DNA of 64,000 nt from Armatimonadota bacterium (GTDB lineage Bacteria > Armatimonadota > SYMT01): assembly GCA_041690135.1 (NCBI GenBank), contig JAWLHY010000008.1, forward strand, positions 160,001 through 224,000. Reading direction: 5' to 3'. The notes beneath the pieces are model-generated. The model saw nothing but the letters and a program-made list of their open reading frames with translations. It searched no databases and was not told the DNA's origin. A program made the position numbers and the translations under genes. Below, piece after piece: positions 9,589-18,597 of this stretch. How positions within the stretch are numbered: the stretch's first letter is position 1; the number at the start of each line of letters is the position of its first letter.

Positions 9589-10173
9589 TTGAACGAGGAA
9601 GAAGTGCAGGAATCGATGGACGAACCGGGTGCCGCCGGATCGGCAGATGCCGGGCCACAAGATTCCGAGCCACAAGACGCCGGGCCGCAGGGCGAAGCGA
9701 GCACCGGGAGCGCGCTGTTCGAAGAGATCCAGCAGCCGCCCTGGCCGGCAATGGCCCTGGGGCTGGGTGGCACGGCTACCGGGGCGATTGCCGCCGCGCG
9801 CGCGCTGAGCATGTTCGCGCGTTTCGGCGTGGCGGCCCTGGCGGTCGGCGGTCTCGGGGTAGTCTTGACGGAATTCATGTTTCCCATGCGCACCACGCTC
9901 CTGCCGGAGGAGTTGCAGGTCCGTTTCGGCCGGCGTACCCGTTTCCGGATCCCCCTCAAGAACGTGGTTCGTGCTTACGCTCGCACTTACCAGCCGCTGG
10001 CGGAGTACGGAGGGTGGGGCATCCGCGGGGTGGGAGGGAATCGCGCCTTCAACATGCGCGGCAACGAAGGCGTGCAACTGGAGTTGCGTAGTGGGCAAAA
10101 GGTCCTGATCGGCTCCGAGAAACCCGAGGAACTCGTCAGGGCCATCCGCAAGGCCACAGGCTGTTCTTCCTGA
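9589..10173 (+). CDS. Hypothetical membrane protein (2 TM plus a soluble domain with an EYGGWGIR motif; DUF6141/bPH-like)
   Basis: TTG start with AGGAGG RBS; two hydrophobic segments; C-terminal YGGWGIR...GNEGVQLEL..G.KVLIGS..PEEL pattern. Confidence 0.8.
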   Translation: MNEEEVQESMDEPGAAGSADAGPQDSEPQDAGPQGEASTGSALFEEIQQPPWPAMALGLGGTATGAIAAARALSMFARFGVAALAVGGLGVVLTEFMFPMRTTLLPEELQVRFGRRTRFRIPLKNVVRAYARTYQPLAEYGGWGIRGVGGNRAFNMRGNEGVQLELRSGQKVLIGSEKPEELVRAIRKATGCSS

Positions 10174-10177
10174 TGGG

Positions 10178-11092
10178 TCACTTGCCACCTGGGGTGGGGT
10201 CGAGGTGGTTCTCCCGGAGGAACCGGACGAACGTCTCGCTCGCGACCGAGAGATAACCGTGCGCTCGCCAGACGAGGTAGAACTCCCGGGTCACGTCCAG
10301 GCCTTCCACGGGAAGCACCCGGAGGAGGCCGAGACGTTCCTCATCCTTTACCGCCCACTCGCTAAGCACGGCGAGGCTGTCCGTCTGGCGGACGGCCATC
10401 TTCACCGCTTCGGTGCTGCCGAGCTCCAGAAACACCTGGAGCTCGTCGGCCGGAATACCTGCCTGCGAGAGGGATTGTTCCAGCGTGGACCGGGTGCCGG
10501 ACCCGTGCTCCCGCATCACGATCGGCTGCTGGAGGAGATCCTCGCCGGTGAGCGTGGATTGCGCGGCTAGTGGATGCCCCGGTCGGACCACCGCCACCAG
10601 GCGTTCCTGCAGGATCGGTTCGAACTTCAACCGCTCGTCCCGGACCTTCTCCCCAACCATTCCCAGCTCGAACCGCCCTTCCCGAAGCCCCGCGCGCACC
10701 TCCTGGCTATTGGAGACCGCGAGGTGGATATCCACACCGGGGCGCTCCTGCTTGAACCGGGCCAGGGCCGCCGGGAGGATGTAATGCCCGGGCACGGTGC
10801 TTGCTCCAACTTCCAGGGATCCCACGGCCAGTCCCTGGAGGTGGTCCATGGCCTGCTCGGCCCGCTCGCTGACCTCCAGGATTTGCAGCGCGTAAGGGTG
10901 GAAAACTCTTCCCGCCTGCGTGAGCGAGATGCCCTGTGCCGAGCGCTCGAACAACCGGGTGCGGAGCGTCTTCTCTAGCGCCTGGATCTGGGCACTGATC
11001 GTGGGCTGGGTCAGGTGGAGACGCTCGGCCGCGCGTGAAAAGCTTCCTTCCGAAACGATGGTACAGAACGACTTGACGTGTTGGAAGTTCAT
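10178..11092 (-). CDS. LysR-family regulator, CysL/YeiE-like (resembles the selenium-metabolism-associated subgroup)
   Basis: SFSRAAERLHLTQPTISAQIQALE HTH; GASTVPGHYILP, REHGSGTR and ELGSTEAVK are typical of CysL-like LTTRs. Confidence 0.92.
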   Translation of the reverse strand: MNFQHVKSFCTIVSEGSFSRAAERLHLTQPTISAQIQALEKTLRTRLFERSAQGISLTQAGRVFHPYALQILEVSERAEQAMDHLQGLAVGSLEVGASTVPGHYILPAALARFKQERPGVDIHLAVSNSQEVRAGLREGRFELGMVGEKVRDERLKFEPILQERLVAVVRPGHPLAAQSTLTGEDLLQQPIVMREHGSGTRSTLEQSLSQAGIPADELQVFLELGSTEAVKMAVRQTDSLAVLSEWAVKDEERLGLLRVLPVEGLDVTREFYLVWRAHGYLSVASETFVRFLRENHLDPTPGGK

Positions 11093-11099
11093 GCCAGAT

Positions 11100-11747
11100 T
11101 CAGGCCCGGATCAGGTGGATCCAGTCGGTGAACAGGAACCAGAGCCGGCCGATGAAGAGGGACATGCGCGCCATCACGGTCGAGCCGAACATGGCCCCGA
11201 ACGCGATCATCATGAGCCACCGGCCGAGCGAGGCGGCGCGGGCGACGGGTCGGGCGCGGTGCTCGAAGGAGAAGAAGAAATACAGGAAGACGCACAGCAG
11301 CGTCACCATGAAGATGAGGTTGTCGAACTGGATGAACGGCGGCGCGAACCCGGCCGTGAAGATCGGCCGGAAGGAATCCGCGATCTGCCGCATGTAGGTT
11401 CCGGCCCAAGTGCGGAAGATCAGCCCCGCTTCGAAGCCCATCATTGTCATCATCACCACGCGGCTCATCCAGTTCAGGCGCCGGCTGTAGATGGTGTAAT
11501 ACATCAGCCCCGGCACCAGCGCCATGGCCCACGGCCATTGGCCCGCGTCGCGCATGGGTTGGTACCACTTGGGGAACAGGATCTGCGCCCAGATGGCATA
11601 GAGACCATAACCAGTGGCCAGTCCAAGGAACGCGTGCTCGGCGACCCGGTAGATCGGGTTTTCGCGGTAAAGAATGGAGTAGAGCGCCAGAGTGGCCAGG
11701 GCGCCCATCCAGATCATGATCCCCTGAGGCGAAGTAAGCGCTTCCAT
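11100..11747 (-). CDS. Conserved hypothetical integral membrane protein (about 6 TM), DUF6754-cluster subunit
   Basis: YSILYRENPIYRVAEHAFLG...YFFFS...GRWLMMIAFGAMFGSTVMARMS; start overlaps the upstream stop (TGATG). Confidence 0.85.
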   Translation of the reverse strand: MEALTSPQGIMIWMGALATLALYSILYRENPIYRVAEHAFLGLATGYGLYAIWAQILFPKWYQPMRDAGQWPWAMALVPGLMYYTIYSRRLNWMSRVVMMTMMGFEAGLIFRTWAGTYMRQIADSFRPIFTAGFAPPFIQFDNLIFMVTLLCVFLYFFFSFEHRARPVARAASLGRWLMMIAFGAMFGSTVMARMSLFIGRLWFLFTDWIHLIRA

Positions 11748-12640
11748 CAGGCAGTCCTCCGGCGAGCGAACCAGCCGCGGATGATCGCCAGGTTTCCGAA
11801 GATGATGAGTACGAACAGGTAGAGGTGCGCGAACGACTGACCGGCCATCATCCGCGAGGCGCGGCCCCGGAAATCCAGAAGGTCCTCATATTCCGCGGCG
11901 CCCCGCATTCCGGTAAGCATCCCCGTTAGCTGCCGGGTGGCCAGGTAGGGATACTGCTCGGGTGCCATCACGGCGGTGCAGGCCAGGCTGATATCCACTC
12001 TCTCGGAACCGATCAGCGCGATCCACGCCGGAGTGGTGGCGGAAGCGGTTATGTCGATCAGCATGCTAAAAGACCTGGGCAGGGTGGTCACTCCGGCGAA
12101 CAGGGGGTACTGTCGGAGTTGCCGGCCCTTCCAGTCCGCCTGCAGAGCGGCGATCGGGTCCCGCACCAGCGATCGGATCCAGGGAGTGTTCCGCACCTTG
12201 TAACCGGTGTTGACGTAATCGCGCCCGTAGATCGGGTAAGCGTCGGCCGGCCGTTCCGGACCGAACTCCTGCAGAATCGCCACTTCCAGCGCGTTCTGAG
12301 TCAACTGGGGAGCGTTCGGGGACCCGACGGACATCACCACGAACTTCAGGCGTCGCCGCATCAGGTGCCGGAAGATGGCAATCGTCTGGGGCTCATTCTC
12401 CGCGTACGTGCCCGCATCCCAGTTGGAGGACACCAGCACCAGTTGATCCTGGGGTAGTGCTTCGATCGAGCGGTGGAAGTTGATGACCGGCGGTGTGGCG
12501 TAAATCGGCAGCCCAAGGCCGGCGACCAGCGGCAAAATCGTGAAGACGAGTAGCCCCAGGTAGATGTAGCGGCGGTCAATCCGGGAGATGAACTGCTCCC
12601 AGTTCTGCATCATTCCGGGGCGGGAGTTGGTGAGCGCCAT
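11747..12640 (-). CDS. Conserved hypothetical membrane protein (TM, alpha/beta domain, TM), DUF6754-cluster subunit
   Basis: IDRRYIY then TM; YGRDYVNTGY, TAVMAPEQYPY and GMRGAAEYE; GQS then C-terminal TM; GGAGG RBS. Confidence 0.85.
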   Translation of the reverse strand: MALTNSRPGMMQNWEQFISRIDRRYIYLGLLVFTILPLVAGLGLPIYATPPVINFHRSIEALPQDQLVLVSSNWDAGTYAENEPQTIAIFRHLMRRRLKFVVMSVGSPNAPQLTQNALEVAILQEFGPERPADAYPIYGRDYVNTGYKVRNTPWIRSLVRDPIAALQADWKGRQLRQYPLFAGVTTLPRSFSMLIDITASATTPAWIALIGSERVDISLACTAVMAPEQYPYLATRQLTGMLTGMRGAAEYEDLLDFRGRASRMMAGQSFAHLYLFVLIIFGNLAIIRGWFARRRTA

Positions 12641-12644
12641 TTCG

Positions 12645-13592
12645 CTAGACCTCCTGCCCGAAGTAAGTGCCGCGCTCCAGGCTCAGCCAGATGCGCAGGG
12701 ACATGGCGAGCGCCCCCAGCCCCAGCCCGAAATCGATGGCGCGCTGCACAGAACCGTTGATGACGTTGAGCACCCAGTAGCTGAAGTTCTCGATCCGCAA
12801 CCCGCTGACGACCCCCTCCTGTGGGATCCAGTTGGTCAGGGCCATCCCGAGGGGCACCTGTCCGGCCATCAGAATAATGGCGGTGATCATCATCAGGGCC
12901 GCTTCGGCGTTCCGGATACGGAAGGCACGGTAAGCGGCGGAAACGATGTAGAAGGCGAGGATAGAGAACATCGTCGCTTCCAGGTTCACGTAGAGGCCGC
13001 GGAACAGGAAGGTGTAGAGGTCGCTCGCATAGAGCGGGTTGAACGTGTCCGGAATCGGCGGAAGGCCCAACTGTGCCCGGAGTGAGGGGTCGTCGATCGT
13101 GTTGCGATCCAGGATGAATGGTGGCGGTAGGTTGGCCAGGGTCAACGCGCCCGGTTCGGGGCCGAACCACTGGTACCAGTCGCGCCAGAAGGCGGCCACC
13201 GCCATCCCAATAAACGCGGCGAAGAAAACGACGCTGTACCCCCAGTTCGCCCGCGTGCGGCGGATGTTGTTGAAGTGGATGTGGACGAGGTTATAGATCC
13301 CCAACAGAAAGGTAAAGGCCGCCACGATCTGCAACACGTTCCCGATAATGTCGGTCCCCGTGGTGATGGGGTTGGGCTCACCTGCGGGAGTCTCCGGCCA
13401 AAAGTACTCCAGAGCGTACACCGCGCCGGCGATGAACGTGAGGGCGACGATCATCCAGCGTTTGCCCTGGCGTGGCACGAAATGGATGACCGCCAGCACC
13501 GCGAGGCAGGCGAGGATGGAGAGCACGGCTGCCGTCCACATCGCGCCGTCGTTCCGGGCAAACCAGTCGAAATTGAAGAGAGATCGAGGCAT
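12645..13592 (-). CDS. Conserved hypothetical polytopic membrane protein, DUF6754-cluster subunit
   Basis: About 7-8 hydrophobic segments; LEATMFSILAFYIVSAAYRAFRIR...GQVPLG...QRAIDFG...SLRIWLSLER. Confidence 0.85.
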   Translation of the reverse strand: MPRSLFNFDWFARNDGAMWTAAVLSILACLAVLAVIHFVPRQGKRWMIVALTFIAGAVYALEYFWPETPAGEPNPITTGTDIIGNVLQIVAAFTFLLGIYNLVHIHFNNIRRTRANWGYSVVFFAAFIGMAVAAFWRDWYQWFGPEPGALTLANLPPPFILDRNTIDDPSLRAQLGLPPIPDTFNPLYASDLYTFLFRGLYVNLEATMFSILAFYIVSAAYRAFRIRNAEAALMMITAIILMAGQVPLGMALTNWIPQEGVVSGLRIENFSYWVLNVINGSVQRAIDFGLGLGALAMSLRIWLSLERGTYFGQEV

Positions 13593-13601
13593 CGCTTGTC
13601 T

Positions 13602-14474
13602 CTAGCTGCTTCCCTGCTGAATCCACTGTTCGAGCTGCTGCGGCAAGGAGAGCTGACCGGCAGGCAATTTGTTGGGGGAGACCTGGATGTGCTGGTCGTC
13701 GTTGATGACCGGCTGCCCCGTCACGCCGTGCCACACGGAGAAGAAGAGCGCCATGGCGACGATGATGCCGACGAGGATCATCTTACAGTAGTCCTGGCCC
13801 ACCAAGCTCCCAAGGAGCACCGGCTCACGGGTGAGATAAGCCGTGCCCGCGTAATACTCGTCGCCGATAATCGTGTAGTCGCAAGCCGCGATAAAGAACG
13901 GAATCTGCGTGATGCTGGGCGTCCCGGCCACCTGAATGGCCCCCACCTGGTTTCCGGTCTCCGCCAGGATCAGGGCTTCGGCGGCGAACACTCCGAACAT
14001 GAAGTTCGAGGCTGCCCGCTCTCGGGTGATTACCCCCACCATCGCCGAGGCGTAGGCGAACTGCCGATCGGAGAGGAACCGCACATCGTCCACCTGGTAG
14101 CTCTCCGGACGCCCCTCCACGGTGTAGGCCTCGCGGACCGCTTCATCCGTCACCGCGTAGAGGGTCGGGTCGGCCATCGTGATGATCACGCGGTTGCCGA
14201 ACCGGATCGCCATGCGGGTGACATGGATCGCAATGGCCAGCGCTTGCAGTGTGACGATATCCAGAGCCCCCAGCCCGAGAGAGAACGTAATGGGACGGCC
14301 CATTTCCGTGGCGCGGCCTACCGCTTCATCCACGGCGGTAAGGCCGGGAATGCGGCGGATGAAGAGTTGCCGGCGCCGCGCGACCAGAATGCGCGACAGG
14401 ATGATCGCCGAAAAGACAATCAGCAGCACGCGCGGCAGCAACACCGGGATCCAGTAATCCAGGGCTTCTTTCAT
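13602..14474 (-). CDS. DUF6754-like membrane protein
   Basis: IRRIPGLTAVDEAVGRATEMGRP, FLSDRQFAYA, AEALILAETG, QIPFFIAACDYTIIGDEYYA..AYL.REP..LGSLVGQD. Confidence 0.85.
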   Translation of the reverse strand: MKEALDYWIPVLLPRVLLIVFSAIILSRILVARRRQLFIRRIPGLTAVDEAVGRATEMGRPITFSLGLGALDIVTLQALAIAIHVTRMAIRFGNRVIITMADPTLYAVTDEAVREAYTVEGRPESYQVDDVRFLSDRQFAYASAMVGVITRERAASNFMFGVFAAEALILAETGNQVGAIQVAGTPSITQIPFFIAACDYTIIGDEYYAGTAYLTREPVLLGSLVGQDYCKMILVGIIVAMALFFSVWHGVTGQPVINDDQHIQVSPNKLPAGQLSLPQQLEQWIQQGSS

Positions 14475-14483
14475 GCTCTTTAC

Positions 14484-14915
14484 TTACCCGCTTTCCGGGT
14501 GGGTCTCGTCTCGTCTTCCTGGTTGTTGTTCCGGAAGTGGAGCGGTCCCTTCTTCGTCGGGGGTTGGGAGGCTTTCCATTCCTGCTGCAGGCTCCGCGGA
14601 ATCGCTATGCTCCGGGTCCTCAAGTGACTGCGCCTGCGATTCGGCGGCCAACTCCTCGATGCGGTTCACCAGGCGCTCGACGTTGCGCGAATCCTCGAGT
14701 AACTTCGAGAGCTTCAGCACGTTGTCCGTCCCCGCGAGCGCCCCGAGGAATGGGGTCGCCACAATCAGCGCCTGGCTCCCCAGAAAAGATAGGGGGCGGT
14801 GCATCTCCAGCATAAAGACGGCGGGCACCTCCATGCGCCGGCGCACCACCTCATGAGCCGCCCGCTCGATCCACGCGTCGCGCTCTTCGTCAGTCAGCGT
14901 TACTTCGAACGGCAT
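14484..14915 (-). CDS. Conserved hypothetical protein
   Basis: VVRRRMEVPAVFMLEMHRPLSFLGSQALIVATPFL...LLEDSRNVERLVNRIEEL; ends 9 bp before the DUF6754-like gene. Confidence 0.8.
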   Translation of the reverse strand: MPFEVTLTDEERDAWIERAAHEVVRRRMEVPAVFMLEMHRPLSFLGSQALIVATPFLGALAGTDNVLKLSKLLEDSRNVERLVNRIEELAAESQAQSLEDPEHSDSAEPAAGMESLPTPDEEGTAPLPEQQPGRRDETHPESG

Positions 14916-15366
14916 CCCGAAACCTGCGCACGGCGCTCAGGACTTCCTCCTGCGAGCCGTGCCCTTCACCAAAACGGAGAAACACGCCACGGAACGGTTC
15001 CAGGCGGGTGCGCACGCCCAGCGGCGAAAGCTTGACCCCGTCTTCCAGGAGATAGGCTTTCTTCACCTCGGACCAAGCAATCCTGCGCCAGTTGTGCAGG
15101 TTGCGCATTTCCGCGCCTTCCTCGTCCAACCGATACCGGATGGGAAGCAAGAACTCGCTGGTAGCGCCCAGCAGCGCCAGCACGCAGAATCCCGCATAGA
15201 GCCAGTTGCGAAACAGGAAAAAGCAGAGACCGGCGGAAAGGAGCGCGGCTCCCACTACCACCGCGGCACGCGCGGGCTGGGTGCGTGCCAGGTGGACCTG
15301 CCATTCCAGCGCATCGATCCCTTCGCTGGAGTTGCCATCGACGGATGTGAGGGTGTCGGAGACCAT
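14890..15366 (-). CDS. Conserved hypothetical membrane protein (2 TM plus beta-rich domain); start uncertain (15366, 15381 or 15450)
   Basis: LEWQVHLAR..P, two TMs, EFLLPIRYRLDEEG...W.EVKK...GVKLSPL...RLEPFRGVFLRF; overlaps the next gene. Confidence 0.75.
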   Translation of the reverse strand: MVSDTLTSVDGNSSEGIDALEWQVHLARTQPARAAVVVGAALLSAGLCFFLFRNWLYAGFCVLALLGATSEFLLPIRYRLDEEGAEMRNLHNWRRIAWSEVKKAYLLEDGVKLSPLGVRTRLEPFRGVFLRFGEGHGSQEEVLSAVRRFRDAVRSNAD

Positions 15367-15469
15367 GGAGAGGAGCAGCATTTCCACGGGCGGGAGACGG
15401 GTGGGGCGACGTTCCCCGCAGGTCGACGCCGGTGGGTAGAGGCCCTTCAAGTCCGCGGGACCGTCGTCA

Positions 15470-15509
15470 CTATAGAAACCTTCTATAGGCTCCGGTTGCG
15501 CAGATTATA
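15470..15509 (-). promoter_or_regulatory. -10 box (TATAAT) and LysR-type palindromic operator of the DUF6754 operon
   Basis: Minus-strand TATAAT at 15509-15504; perfect inverted repeat CTATAGAA-acc-TTCTATAG at 15470-15488 (ATA-N9-TAT, T-N11-A). Confidence 0.7.
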
Positions 15510-15605
15510 CCGTAGGCGCGGGGATACAGTCCGTCCGGTGATACGATAATCCGTTCACCGCCGGGCACCCGGCTTGTTTTCGTTGTTCAGGAAGGGAGCC
15601 TCCCG

Positions 15606-16973
15606 ATGGCACTGTCCGCCGTTTCCGCCGTTGACGGCCGCTACGAATCCCAGACGCAAGAACTGGCGCGCTTCTATTCGGAGAGCGCGTTGATCCGCTA
15701 TCGCGTGAAGGTGGAGATCGAGTGGCTGATCCTGATGGCCGAACGGAGCGAGTTTCCCGAAGTCCGGTCATTCACCGCGGACGAGGTCGCCTTCCTGCGG
15801 GGCATGGTGGACGGTTTCTCCGCCGCCGACGCGGAGCGGGTCAAGGAGATCGAGCGGACCACCAACCACGATGTCAAAGCCGTGGAGTACTTCCTGAAGG
15901 AACGCCTGGCGGGAACCGAACTGGCGGAGGTGAGCGAGTTCCTCCACTTCGCCTGTACGTCCGAGGACATCAATAATCTCTCCTACGGCCAGATGCTGCG
16001 GGATGGAATCCAGGAAGTCTGGCGTCCGCTCGCGGTGAAGCTGGTCGACAGTGTCGCTGCTTTGGCCGAATCCACTCGTGACCTGGCGATGCTCTCTCGG
16101 ACGCACGGCCAGCCCGCTACCCCATCGACGCTCGGCAAAGAGTTGGCGGTTTTCGTCTATCGCTGGCGCCGCCAGCTGGCTCAGGTGGACCGGGTGGAGT
16201 ACTTGGGCAAGTTCAGCGGGGCCGTAGCCACCTTCGGCGCACACTCCGCCGCCTATCCGGACGCCCCCTGGGAAGAGATTTCGCGCACCCTGGTGGAGCG
16301 CCTGGGCCTCACCTGGAACCCGCTCACCACGCAGATCGAGTCGCACGACTACATGGCGGAGCTGTTCCACGCGCTGATCCGGTTCAACAACATCACGTTG
16401 GACTTCGACCGGGACGTCTGGACATATATCTCCCAGGGATACTTCAAGCAGAAGCTGGTGAAGGGGGAGGTGGGCTCATCCGTGATGCCCCATAAGGTGA
16501 ACCCGATCAACTTCGAGAACTCGGAAGCGAACACCGGGGTAAGCAATGCCCTCCTCCAGCACCTGGCGAACACGCTGCCGATCTCCCGCCTCCAGCGCGA
16601 CCTCACGGACTCTTCCGCACAGCGCACCATCGGCACCGCCCTGGGCCACGCCGTCATTTCACTCTCCTCGGCGGTCCGCGGCCTCCAGCGCCTGGCGGTC
16701 GACGAGCGCGCTCTCGCCGCCGATCTGGAGGAGAACTGGGCGGTTCTCGCCGAGCCGATCCAGACGGTGATGCGCAAGGCCGGGATCCCAAACCCCTACG
16801 AGGCGCTCAAGGAGCTCACCCGCGGCCAGGAGATCGACCGCGACCAGATCCAAGCCTTTGTCAGTGGCCTCGACCTCCCCGAAGCGGACCGCGAGCGGCT
16901 TCTGGCCCTCACCCCCGCCACCTACACCGGCCTGGCCTCTGTCCTCGTCCGGCACATGTCCGATCCGTCCTGA
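15606..16973 (+). CDS. purB: Adenylosuccinate lyase
   Basis: DGRY, TTNHDVKAVEYF, HFACTSEDINN, SRTHGQPA and GSSVMPHKVNPINFEN. Confidence 0.98.
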   Translation: MALSAVSAVDGRYESQTQELARFYSESALIRYRVKVEIEWLILMAERSEFPEVRSFTADEVAFLRGMVDGFSAADAERVKEIERTTNHDVKAVEYFLKERLAGTELAEVSEFLHFACTSEDINNLSYGQMLRDGIQEVWRPLAVKLVDSVAALAESTRDLAMLSRTHGQPATPSTLGKELAVFVYRWRRQLAQVDRVEYLGKFSGAVATFGAHSAAYPDAPWEEISRTLVERLGLTWNPLTTQIESHDYMAELFHALIRFNNITLDFDRDVWTYISQGYFKQKLVKGEVGSSVMPHKVNPINFENSEANTGVSNALLQHLANTLPISRLQRDLTDSSAQRTIGTALGHAVISLSSAVRGLQRLAVDERALAADLEENWAVLAEPIQTVMRKAGIPNPYEALKELTRGQEIDRDQIQAFVSGLDLPEADRERLLALTPATYTGLASVLVRHMSDPS

Positions 16974-17024
16974 TCCGTTCCGGATCGTGATCGGTGCCCT
17001 GGCGGATGGGCCGTCCGCGCACCA

Positions 17025-17897
17025 TTAGAGGGGTCGCTGTTCCCACGGCATGGGAATGGTGGGTCCCTGGGTGTGGCGGTCGCCGCGGGGGTCGAGTGAG
17101 CGATCGCGGAAGTAGTCCACGAAGGCGACGAGTTGCTTCACCGCCTCCTGGTAGGCTTCCCGGCCTTTCTCCACGCTCGCCTTCTCCGCATCGCCAATCA
17201 CGCCCGTTTCAGAGTAGCTGCTGGTCCACGAGATGAGCTGCGTGGCGCTTTTGCCGAACAGGTCATTCCAGATGAACGGGTTCGGCTCGCGGTTGTAGCT
17301 GGCGAACTCCGTCCGGATCAGGTCCTCCCGCACATTTGCATGGTCCAGATACAGGTAGAGGGAGGTCTCCAACTCGCAGGCATGGGAGCATCCGCCCGGG
17401 AACGCGCTCTCCCGCCACCGCGGCATGAAGCTCTTATCCACCGTAAGCAGGCTCCACCAGGCCGCCAACACACATTCGCCATCCGTTTCCAGGTTGGTCC
17501 GGCGGGCGACCAGATCCAGGTTCGGCATGTTGGAGCCGTGGCCGTTGAGCAACAAGATCTTCTTGAACCCGTGGTAGGCCAGCGACTTCGTGATGTCCAG
17601 CACGCTGCGGATGAACGTCTCCCAGTCCTGATTCAGCGTGCCCGGAAAGTCCATCACATGCCCCACGTAGCCGTAGTGGACGGTCGGCAGCACCAGAATT
17701 CGGTCCGGCGCCACCATTCCGGCCCCGCGCGCGATCTCCGTCGGGCAAACGATATCGACGTCGAGCGGCAAATGGGGGCCGTGCTGTTCGACCGACCCCA
17801 CCGGGAGGATGCAGACCTTCCGCATCTCTACTGCGTCGTTGATCTCAGGCCAGGTCAGCTTTTCGTAGCGGTACTCAGTGGCGGCACGGCTGGACAT
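17025..17897 (-). CDS. Creatininase family amidohydrolase
   Basis: PVGSVEQHGPHLPLDVD, FPGT, NGHGSN and HACELETS; ATG at 17897 with GAGGAG RBS. Confidence 0.92.
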   Translation of the reverse strand: MSSRAATEYRYEKLTWPEINDAVEMRKVCILPVGSVEQHGPHLPLDVDIVCPTEIARGAGMVAPDRILVLPTVHYGYVGHVMDFPGTLNQDWETFIRSVLDITKSLAYHGFKKILLLNGHGSNMPNLDLVARRTNLETDGECVLAAWWSLLTVDKSFMPRWRESAFPGGCSHACELETSLYLYLDHANVREDLIRTEFASYNREPNPFIWNDLFGKSATQLISWTSSYSETGVIGDAEKASVEKGREAYQEAVKQLVAFVDYFRDRSLDPRGDRHTQGPTIPMPWEQRPL

Positions 17898-17963
17898 GGG
17901 GTTGGCTCCTCGTAGCTGGTCGTGGACGTGGGATGGGCGTTCAAGCGGCGCTCGTGCAAGACA

Positions 17964-17991
17964 GCGTAATGCGTAATCCGTAATGCGTAAG
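17964..17991. repeat. Heptamer tandem repeat (GCGTAAT-like) x4
   Basis: GCGTAAT GCGTAAT CCGTAAT GCGTAAG. Confidence 0.85.
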
Positions 17992-18090
17992 GAACGTGTC
18001 AGAGTGGGTGCTTGGAATTGGCAGGTGCCTCGGACCAAGTTCCGGTATGCCCACCCGTTCGTTCGAAACGGGTGCTCTTCCTGTCTGGAG

Positions 18091-18492
18091 TTAGAGGGCC
18101 CGGCCCACCACGACTCCCAGCCACACTGCCACGAGCCCGGCGGCAAGGCTTCCGAATGCATTGGCCAGCGCCCGGGGCCATGCGCCCAGCATCAACAGCT
18201 GCAGATTGTCGTATTCGAAGGTGGAAAACGTGGTGTAAGCGCCTAGGAAGCCCACGGCCAGCAACAGGCGTAGGGTGGGCCCGGCATTCAGTTCTCCGCG
18301 CTCCGCCAGGAACTCCAGCAGCACCCCCAGCAGGAATGACCCCGTGACGTTAATAGCGAATGTCGCCCACGGGAACTGTGCCCCCCACCGGCCGGTAATC
18401 CACAGCCCCAGCCAGTAGCGCGCATTCGCTCCCAGAAATCCGCCCAGGCCCACGAGGCACGTTTTGGCTATCCATTCCCACTTCGGATCCAA
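18091..18492 (-). CDS. crcB: Fluoride channel CrcB/Fluc
   Basis: GGFLGANARY, FPWATFAINVTGSFLLG and GFLGAYTTFSTF. Confidence 0.95.
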   Translation of the reverse strand: MDPKWEWIAKTCLVGLGGFLGANARYWLGLWITGRWGAQFPWATFAINVTGSFLLGVLLEFLAERGELNAGPTLRLLLAVGFLGAYTTFSTFEYDNLQLLMLGAWPRALANAFGSLAAGLVAVWLGVVVGRAL

Positions 18493-18548
18493 TGGTTCTC
18501 TCTCCAGGGTTGATGCCTCGGCCCTACACCCGCCCCCTTCTTGTTCTT

Positions 18549-18586
18549 CTCCGTGTCCAACTCCGTGTCTCTGTGTCTCAGTGGTG
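18549..18586. repeat. Degenerate octamer repeat element (CTCCGTGT-type)
   Basis: CTCCGTGT-ccaa-CTCCGTGT CTCTGTGT CTCAGTGGTG between the mutS-like gene and crcB. Confidence 0.6.
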
Positions 18587-18597
18587 AGAGATCCGGG

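Noticed and set aside
10178-15450. Selenoprotein (in-frame UGA) in the operon, suggested by the LysR subtype
   Set aside because: All ORFs are uninterrupted and the stops abut the next gene; no sel genes are in the window.
18493-18597. Fluoride riboswitch upstream of crcB
   Set aside because: No GGCGAUG...CGCC/AAAC/GCUGAUGAC-type consensus; the region holds only an octamer repeat.
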